A stretch of 56,689 nucleotides of DNA from an uncultured Candidatus Saccharibacteria bacterium (GTDB lineage Bacteria > Patescibacteriota > Minisyncoccia > UBA6257 > CAYRSR01). The position numbers and the translations under genes were made by a program. How positions within the stretch are numbered: the first letter of the stretch is position 1; each line of letters begins with the position of its first letter. The stretch spans positions 1 through 56,689 of the forward strand of contig CAYRSR010000005.1 of the NCBI GenBank assembly GCA_964427275.1. Direction: 5' to 3'. Of the stretch, positions 50,418-56,689 are shown in pieces. A model generated the notes under the pieces. It had not been told where the DNA came from. It saw only the letters and a program-made list of their open reading frames with translations, and made no database searches.

Positions 50418-50446
50418 GGTATAACATAACATGTTACATTTGTCAA
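50418..50446 (-). promoter_or_regulatory. Promoter of paralogue B with internal palindrome
   Basis: TTGACA, 17 bp, TATACC; TAACATGTTA palindrome in the spacer. Confidence 0.6.
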
Positions 50447-50527
50447 ATCTTTGTAAGATAGGTATATTTTTGATTAAGTATGATTTCCACAAGCTACCTC
50501 AATAGAAGATTTCATTTAAAGAGGTTC

Positions 50528-50986
50528 CTATAAAATTAGATTCTTTAAGTCTTTTTTCCTATGCTTATGTTCAGCTAATACTTTTTTAACCAGCTTATCG
50601 GCTGGTTTATTTTCTTTTCGGGAGATATAAATAAAATCCACTTTTTTGAAGTCCTGTTTTAAGTTCCAAATTTCAATAAATAAAGGGAAAAGTTCCCGAT
50701 GTTTAATTTTATAAGTTCCATTTAGTTGATTTACTATTAACTTGCTATCTGAACGAATCTCAACTTCAGTTTGTCTGGTTTTAGTTTTACCTATTAATCT
50801 CTTTAATTTATTTAATCCAAAAATCACTGCTTGATATTCAGCAATATTGTTAGTAGTTTCTCCAATAAACTTAGAATAGTTTTTGACTTCTGACTTTAAA
50901 TTTTGAATCTTAACAACTATTCCAATTGCTGCCGGGCCAGGATTTCCAATTGAACCACCATCAGTATTAATAATAACTCTGCTCAT
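50528..50986 (-). CDS. rnhA: Ribonuclease HI
   Basis: TDGGSIGNPGPA, TNNIAEY, SDSKLIVNQ, NKPADKL. Confidence 0.93.
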   Translation of the reverse strand: MSRVIINTDGGSIGNPGPAAIGIVVKIQNLKSEVKNYSKFIGETTNNIAEYQAVIFGLNKLKRLIGKTKTRQTEVEIRSDSKLIVNQLNGTYKIKHRELFPLFIEIWNLKQDFKKVDFIYISRKENKPADKLVKKVLAEHKHRKKDLKNLIL

Positions 50987-51001
50987 ATTTTCAAGATTTT
51001 A

Positions 51002-52081
51002 TTAATGTAAATTTTTACTCAGACATATTTTAATCTTTTCTAAGTCGTTATATCTAGCCTGAAAGCCAGCAGCTTTAGGATGACCTCCAAAGTTTAAAAA
51101 TAGATTAGAGCATTTCCTGAACAATTTAACTAGATGATAACCGTCTGAAGGGGCCCTAGCTGAAACTCTGACCAGTCCATTTTTATCCTTTCCTCCGTGA
51201 ACTAAAGCTATTCGATTAAACTTATTAGCTAGTCTTTCAGCTATAGCTCCATTAACTCCAGAGGTAGCATGAGGTAAATGATGCTCTACTAAAGTTAATT
51301 TTGATTCTTCCAGCTTAATTGTTTTACTAAATTCATCAATTTTTTGATAAATATTTTGATGAAACCTAATAAGCTCATCGGTCAACTTATCTAACTTCGA
51401 TTCGTCGTTTAACACAAATATTTGATAAAAATTGTTCTGTAAGCCATTTCTTAAAGGAAAATTGAAGTAACTTCTTAGCTTGTCCCAGCTTTTCCCTGGT
51501 TTTTTAGCTAATTTAGCCAACTTTATTTTGGACAATAAAATTTTTAATCCTATCCTCTTTCTCTGATTTATTCTTTCAATTCCTTTAATAATCACTTTCT
51601 TGTTCTCAGAATTTAGTTCAATTTTGTCAGCAATACTCCCAAGAGCAACCAGATCACTAAACTGTTCATCAGGATTAATTGCCTTAGCTACTTCATAACA
51701 TAATTGAACCGCTGCTTTCTTTAACGAGTGATGAAACAGCACCGGCGGAGGACTGGTATATAAATGATGGTCAATAACTATAACCTCCATTCCATTACTT
51801 AAAGCAAAATTTATCTTTTCTACTTCAGTTATACCCATATCAACAATTACAATTAATTTATTCCCATTAGAAATTAGCTTATGAATAATTTTTTGATCCA
51901 TTCTTCCAGAAGGATCAAGAATTAACTGAAGATTTTTAAATCCAAGGTTTTTAAGTGTTTGATAAACAATTGTAGCTCCAGAAATTCCGTCAGTATCATA
52001 ATCTCCCCAAACTGCAACCTTCTGATCCTCTTTTTTGGCCAGAAAAATTCTTTCAGCTATTCTTTTTAAGTTATTTTTCAT
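51002..52081 (-). CDS. Short RecJ-like DHH phosphoesterase
   Basis: GDYDTDG, VDMG, IDHH, GSIAD, VSAR, GGHPKAAG. Confidence 0.8.
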   Translation of the reverse strand: MKNNLKRIAERIFLAKKEDQKVAVWGDYDTDGISGATIVYQTLKNLGFKNLQLILDPSGRMDQKIIHKLISNGNKLIVIVDMGITEVEKINFALSNGMEVIVIDHHLYTSPPPVLFHHSLKKAAVQLCYEVAKAINPDEQFSDLVALGSIADKIELNSENKKVIIKGIERINQRKRIGLKILLSKIKLAKLAKKPGKSWDKLRSYFNFPLRNGLQNNFYQIFVLNDESKLDKLTDELIRFHQNIYQKIDEFSKTIKLEESKLTLVEHHLPHATSGVNGAIAERLANKFNRIALVHGGKDKNGLVRVSARAPSDGYHLVKLFRKCSNLFLNFGGHPKAAGFQARYNDLEKIKICLSKNLH

Positions 52082-53196
52082 TATTTTAAAGCTTCAATAC
52101 CAGGCAGTTTTTTTCCGCTTAGATATTCCAGCATAGCTCCTCCACCAGTAGAAATAAAACTAAACCTATTTTCCAGATTTAATTTTGAAATGAAATCTGT
52201 AGTTTCTCCTCCCCCAATTAAGCTAAAAGCTTTAGATTTAGCAATAGCTTTCGCTATGCTTTTAGTACCTTCGGTAAATTTTTTATCCTCAATTTTTCCT
52301 AAAGGTCCATTCCAGATAATAGTTTTAGTTTGGCTAATAAATTTAGAATAGTAATTAATTGTAAAAGGTCCAATATCAAGAATTTTCTGATCCTTCATTT
52401 TAACATCTCTTGGTAAAAGGATTTTTTCAGGATAATCAGTAAGAACTTTAGAAGCAAAATCAAGCTTTTTTTCATCATATAAAGACTTTTTTAGAGGATA
52501 ACCAAGAACTTTAAGAAAGGTATTAGCCACACCTCCACCAAGCATAAACCATCTAGCTTTATCAATAAAATACTTTATCATTCCTATTTTATCTTCAACC
52601 TTAGCTCCTCCAATAATTAGCAAGAGAGGGTTTTTATATTTATTCATCACTAAATCTAAGTTTTTAATTTCCTGCTCTAATCTTAAGCCAGCATAAGCTG
52701 GCAAATAATCAGTTATAGCAACTACTGAAGCATTTTTTCGATGAGATACTGCAAAAGCATCATTAACATAAATATCTCCAAGGTTAGCTAATTTTTTAGC
52801 CAGTTTTTTATCATTACTTTTCTCACCTTCAAAAAATCTTAAGTTTTCCAATAGAAAAATTCTATTTAAAGAATTCCGGTAGTCAAAATCAAAAATTTTA
52901 TCAAAATCAACAAATTTTACTTTTTTAGAAAGCAATTCAGATAAAATTCTAGCAGCTGGCTTAAGAGAAAATTCCCTAAAACCTGAAATTTTAACTCCCA
53001 AATCTAATGGCTTAGGCCTACCCAAATGACTTAAAATTATAACTTTTGCATCATTTTTCAGTAAAAACTTAATTGAAGGCAAAATTGCTTTTATTCTGAA
53101 AGATTTCCTGGATATTTTTTTGACATTTAAATCAATTCTTAGTAGAGCAATTTTTCCTTTTAATTTAGATTTGGATAAATTTTTTAAGTATTTCAT
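52081..53196 (-). CDS. pgk: Phosphoglycerate kinase
   Basis: RIDLNV, SHLGRP, LLENLRF, NDAFAVSHR, GGAKVEDK, STGGGAMLEYL. Confidence 0.97.
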   Translation of the reverse strand: MKYLKNLSKSKLKGKIALLRIDLNVKKISRKSFRIKAILPSIKFLLKNDAKVIILSHLGRPKPLDLGVKISGFREFSLKPAARILSELLSKKVKFVDFDKIFDFDYRNSLNRIFLLENLRFFEGEKSNDKKLAKKLANLGDIYVNDAFAVSHRKNASVVAITDYLPAYAGLRLEQEIKNLDLVMNKYKNPLLLIIGGAKVEDKIGMIKYFIDKARWFMLGGGVANTFLKVLGYPLKKSLYDEKKLDFASKVLTDYPEKILLPRDVKMKDQKILDIGPFTINYYSKFISQTKTIIWNGPLGKIEDKKFTEGTKSIAKAIAKSKAFSLIGGGETTDFISKLNLENRFSFISTGGGAMLEYLSGKKLPGIEALK

Positions 53197-53217
53197 GTCT
53201 AGTATAAAAATTTTAGT

Positions 53218-53988
53218 TTATTTAAAAGAACTTGTAAACTTGCTTGTGATATCAATAATTTTTTGAAACTCTTTAATCTTCAAGCTAGCCCCACCAACCA
53301 AAAAACCCTGAATTGATTCGTACCCTAAAAATTTTTCAACATTTTTAGAATTTACTGAACCACCATAAATAGTTTTAAAGTTTAAGATTGGAAATCCAGA
53401 ATCAAAAACCACTTTTCTTACATACTGATGAACCTGATCAGCCTCATCAGGCTGACAAAAAACTCCAGTACCAATTGCCCAGACTGGCTCATAAGCAAAA
53501 ATAAATTCTTTAATCTTTGATTTGTAATTCCTAATTTCCTTTAAGCCTTTTTGAAGTTGATTTTTAATTACCTTTTTAACTAAACCTCTTTTTCTTTGCT
53601 TCAAAGTTTCTCCAATACACAAAATTGGAGTTAGATTATTACTTAAAACGGCTTTAATCTTTTTGCTGATTAGCTCGTCGGTTTCTCCAAAATATTTTCT
53701 TCTTTCAGAATGTCCAATAATAACGTATTTCACTTTTAGTCCTTTAAGCATCCTGGCAGAAATTTCACCAGTGTATGCACCCTGATTTTCAAAATGACAA
53801 TTTTGAGCCCCTAATGCTATTCTGGAGTCTATTAAGCTTCTTAGTTTCTCAAGATATAAAAATGGGGGACAAATAGCTATATCGACATTTAGCCTTGGCT
53901 GAAGATTCTTCCAAGATGATAAATTTGGACAATTCATTTTCCAATTAGCTACAACCAATCTTTTATTTTTTAACTTACTTTTTTTCAT
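53218..53988 (-). CDS. tpiA: Triosephosphate isomerase
   Basis: ANWKMN, GHSERR, AYEPVWAIGTG, YGGSV, LVGGASL. Confidence 0.97.
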   Translation of the reverse strand: MKKSKLKNKRLVVANWKMNCPNLSSWKNLQPRLNVDIAICPPFLYLEKLRSLIDSRIALGAQNCHFENQGAYTGEISARMLKGLKVKYVIIGHSERRKYFGETDELISKKIKAVLSNNLTPILCIGETLKQRKRGLVKKVIKNQLQKGLKEIRNYKSKIKEFIFAYEPVWAIGTGVFCQPDEADQVHQYVRKVVFDSGFPILNFKTIYGGSVNSKNVEKFLGYESIQGFLVGGASLKIKEFQKIIDITSKFTSSFK

Positions 53989-54664
53989 ACAGCTTTAGTG
54001 CATTTTTAGCTGCTTCAACTTCAGCTTCATACTTGGAAAATCCCCTACCCTCACTAACCATTTTTTGACCTACAAATAACCCTACTCTAAATTCCCTTCG
54101 ATGAGCTGGGCCAGATTCTTCTAACACTTCGTAATGTGGAGTAATTTTAAATTTCCCTTGAATAATTTCCTGAAAAAGGCTTTTGGGATCCTGATAATAT
54201 TTTTTTTGAATTATTTCTGGTAGGCAAACAAGTAAGTACTTTTCAATAAATTCTTTGCAGTGCTGATAGCCCTGGTCCAAATAAATTGCCCCAATTATAG
54301 CTTCAATTGCATTTCCCAAAATATGATTTTTAGCCTTTCCTTCTTGCATACGCTCTCCCCTGGACAAAAAAACTAGTTTATCCAGGTTCAACTTTCGAGC
54401 CAACTGAGATAGCCTGTGAATATTAATCAGCGATGCCCGCAACATTGTTAGCTCTCCTTCAGATTTTTCAGGAAATTTTTTATAAAGATACTCGCTAACA
54501 ACCAATTCCAGTACCGCATCCCCCAGAAATTCCAGCCTTTCATTATGAGGACCCCAGTTTGGATGTTCATTTAAGTAGGAACGATGAGTTAATGCTTGTT
54601 TAAGTAATTCTTTATTCTTAAATTCTATTCCAATTAATTTTTCAAGCTCCAAAAAATTTGACAT
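53975..54664 (-). CDS. rnc: Ribonuclease III
   Basis: NERLEFLGDAVL signature; dsRBD DPKSLFQE, AEVEAA. Confidence 0.97.
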   Translation of the reverse strand: MSNFLELEKLIGIEFKNKELLKQALTHRSYLNEHPNWGPHNERLEFLGDAVLELVVSEYLYKKFPEKSEGELTMLRASLINIHRLSQLARKLNLDKLVFLSRGERMQEGKAKNHILGNAIEAIIGAIYLDQGYQHCKEFIEKYLLVCLPEIIQKKYYQDPKSLFQEIIQGKFKITPHYEVLEESGPAHRREFRVGLFVGQKMVSEGRGFSKYEAEVEAAKNALKLYEKK

Positions 54665-54681
54665 AAACTAAATAAGAAATT

Positions 54682-55134
54682 TTACTTACCTGGCTGAGAT
54701 TGTTTTTCTTTGTCTTTTGTGCTTTGCATTTGTTTATATACTGCCCCCATTACACCATTAATAAATCTTCCCGAAGTTAAGCCTCCAAAGTTTTTAGCCA
54801 GTTCAATTGCTTCATTTATAGCAACCTTAGGTGGAACTTCTTCTTTGTCTCCATACACAAGCTCATATAATCCAATTCTTAAAACATTTCTATCTATTAG
54901 GGCAATTCTTTCAATCGGCCACTGTGGAGCAAATTTTTCAATCATCTTATCTATTGAGTCTAAGTGAGTAATTATTCCTTTAAGGAGCTTCCAGGGAAAA
55001 GTAGTATCCAGGCCAGGCCCAAAATTCTTTAGGTTTCTTTCCATAATAGCTATCAGGTCTTTTTTCTTCTGATAAAAGTCCCATTCAAAAAGTGATTGTA
55101 AAACAATTGAACGAGCCAACTGCCTGGAAGCCAT
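54682..55134 (-). CDS. nusB: Transcription antitermination factor NusB
   Basis: [32 protein letters not shown]. Confidence 0.96.
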   Translation of the reverse strand: MASRQLARSIVLQSLFEWDFYQKKKDLIAIMERNLKNFGPGLDTTFPWKLLKGIITHLDSIDKMIEKFAPQWPIERIALIDRNVLRIGLYELVYGDKEEVPPKVAINEAIELAKNFGGLTSGRFINGVMGAVYKQMQSTKDKEKQSQPGK

Positions 55135-55156
55135 AATTTAGTCTAAAATTTGCTTT

Positions 55157-55309
55157 TTATTTTGCACCACACTGAGGACACTTTCGATGAGGAAGTTTAG
55201 GCACTCCACACTTTTTACAGGGAACCACTGGTAGCTTCTCTAAGCGAAGAATTAATCCCCTTCTCTTTCTAACCCTAGATTTTGATTTTCTCTTTTTTGG
55301 TAAAGCCAT
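55157..55309 (-). CDS. rpmF: 50S ribosomal protein L32
   Basis: MALPKKRKSK start (ATG 55309); CKKC...PHRKCPQC zinc ribbon. Confidence 0.92.
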   Translation of the reverse strand: MALPKKRKSKSRVRKRRGLILRLEKLPVVPCKKCGVPKLPHRKCPQCGAK

Positions 55310-55363
55310 TAGTGGAATTATAAAAGAACATTTTATTAAAATCAACAATTGATTTACAATATG

Positions 55364-55590
55364 TTATGCCAATCTACAAATTGCTAATAATCAACGAATT
55401 TACGAATAAAAGTTAGAAGTTGGAAGTTAGAAGTTGAAAGTTGGAAATTGATTGATAACAAAAATATCCGAAACTTATTAACAAATTTCACGATCGTGAA
55501 AAGTGTTAATAAGAAAAATCTAATTGAAAATTGAACTGATTAAGTTTTAGTTCAAAAAAAATTACGTAATCTATTACGTAATTTTTTGGA
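55364..55590. repeat. Dispersed composite intergenic repeat, copy 3
   Basis: Matches 18-133 and 197-270; palindrome at 55474-55513; ATTACGTAAT at 55561 and 55573. Confidence 0.85.
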
Positions 55591-55669
55591 TTCTTTTAAA
55601 AAATATATGGACTTCGCAAGTCCTTATATCACCAACTAGGATTAATTAAAACCGCTATTAATATAAAAC

Positions 55670-55703
55670 AACATTCTAACATTCTGCAGGATGTTAGAAT
55701 GTT
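55670..55703. repeat. 13-bp inverted repeat downstream of the fibre gene
   Basis: AACATTCTAACAT-TCTGCAGG-ATGTTAGAATGTT. Confidence 0.7.
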
Positions 55704-55752
55704 TAATTTTATTACTAAAGTTTAACTCCGATAATCGAAAATAACTACCTGT

Positions 55753-56689
55753 TTATCTAGTTACTTTCTCCAGTAAAAATTTGTAAATTTCACCAGTTTT
55801 TTGATTTTCTAAATACAGTCCATTTTCATCCTCAAACATTCGCCAGAGTGGCTCACCATCTTTTTTAAAGAGTATATCGCCTGTATGATAACTGTGTGCT
55901 GACACAGTACCTTCCACATCTAACTTATACTGTGGACTCGTTGTGCCGATGCCGACGTTGCCGGTTCTTGTAACTAAAAACCTAGGTGTTCCCAGCACGT
56001 TGTCATCCCAGGCCCCAAAAATACATGAACCATCATTAGCAATTACATTAAGTGTAGCGGTGAGACTAGGAGTACCATTACCAATTTTTAATTTCGATTG
56101 GGAGTCATCTCCAACTCCTTTATCTCTAATTTCCAGATTTGCCCCCGGATTCGTCGTCCCGATGCCGACGTTGCCGTTTTCTTGTATTCTAAACAACTCA
56201 GTCCCACTGTCTCCCGGACTCGTAGTATCTTTTACAACTCTAAACGCTTGACTTGCTGAATTGTTATTAGCATCAATGCCTATATGCAACCCACCATCTG
56301 TAATTATTACACCATCGCCTACTCCCTCATCACCAAGTTCAAGGTTTGACCCTGTTGTCCCAGAAACGCCTGTAGCTATGTGCAATTTACTTCCCGGACT
56401 CGTTGTCCCAATGCCGACGTTGCCGCCATTTTGCATAAGTTGCAATTCATCATTGGCCATATCAAAGGTTAAAAAGTTTGTAGAGTCTGGTGAAGGATCA
56501 GCAAAGGAAAACTGATTGGTATCTACTTGGATAAGTTCTACGTCCCCAGTTGGAAAAGTCCATCGTTGTCCATCACCACTAATCTCTAATTTTCTTCCTG
56601 GCCCTGTCGTCCCGATGCCGACGTTGCCATTGCTATCTATTACCAAATCTCCTCCAAGATATGTTCTTTCAATATGAAGGGAGTCGTCT
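55753..56689 (-). CDS. GNVGIGTT-repeat fibre/adhesin protein, 5'-truncated by the window edge
   Basis: Frame stays open to 56689; four GNVGIGTT modules; C-terminal TGDILF...WRMFEDENGLYL...KTGEIYKF resembles phage tail-fibre ends. Confidence 0.7.
   Translation of the reverse strand, partial: DDSLHIERTYLGGDLVIDSNGNVGIGTTGPGRKLEISGDGQRWTFPTGDVELIQVDTNQFSFADPSPDSTNFLTFDMANDELQLMQNGGNVGIGTTSPGSKLHIATGVSGTTGSNLELGDEGVGDGVIITDGGLHIGIDANNNSASQAFRVVKDTTSPGDSGTELFRIQENGNVGIGTTNPGANLEIRDKGVGDDSQSKLKIGNGTPSLTATLNVIANDGSCIFGAWDDNVLGTPRFLVTRTGNVGIGTTSPQYKLDVEGTVSAHSYHTGDILFKKDGEPLWRMFEDENGLYLENQKTGEIYKFLLEKVTR
55934..56628. repeat. GC-rich GNVGIGTT-coding direct repeats, locus 2
   Basis: 21-mer exact at 56155-56175 and 56608-56628; near-exact at 55934-55962 and 56393-56425. 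Confidence 0.9.

Noticed and set aside
27446-56628. GC-rich or 145-bp repeats as a CRISPR array
   Set aside because: The GC-rich repeats are coding and spaced by hundreds of bp; there are no regular 30-40 bp spacers and no cas genes.

Overview
AT-rich (roughly 30-35% GC by eye) bacterial chromosome segment. The gene set and protein styles point to Patescibacteria/Parcubacteria (CPR); this is an inference. Most genes lie on the - strand. Housekeeping content: murE, ruvA, ftsQ-like, serS, lysS, greA, tsaD, valS, rpsF-ssb-rpsR, a single-ORF rpoB-rpoC fusion, mltG, rodA, a 23S-5S rRNA unit with no 16S, rnpB, efp, rnhA, pgk, tpiA, rnc, nusB and rpmF. Accessory content: (i) two GNVGIGTT-repeat fibre/adhesin loci whose module junctions are a GC-rich 21-33 bp DNA repeat, one followed by a start-less alternative C-terminal cassette (shufflon-like); (ii) a six-gene Pup/UBact-like proteasome locus (arc-dop-prcB-prcA-pup-pafA) with atypical motifs; (iii) a three-unit cassette array at the rnhA 3' end (two DUF5701-like paralogues flanking an AbiEi/AbiEii toxin-antitoxin pair bounded by identical 145-bp repeats); (iv) a beta-PGM/T6P-phosphatase plus GH65 trehalose module; (v) a family of 7-bp-period tandem repeats and a dispersed 40-bp palindromic element, including an 84-bp in-frame heptamer insertion in murE. 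I found no tRNA, CRISPR array, integrase, transposase or reverse transcriptase. All product calls are from motif recognition, not database searches.
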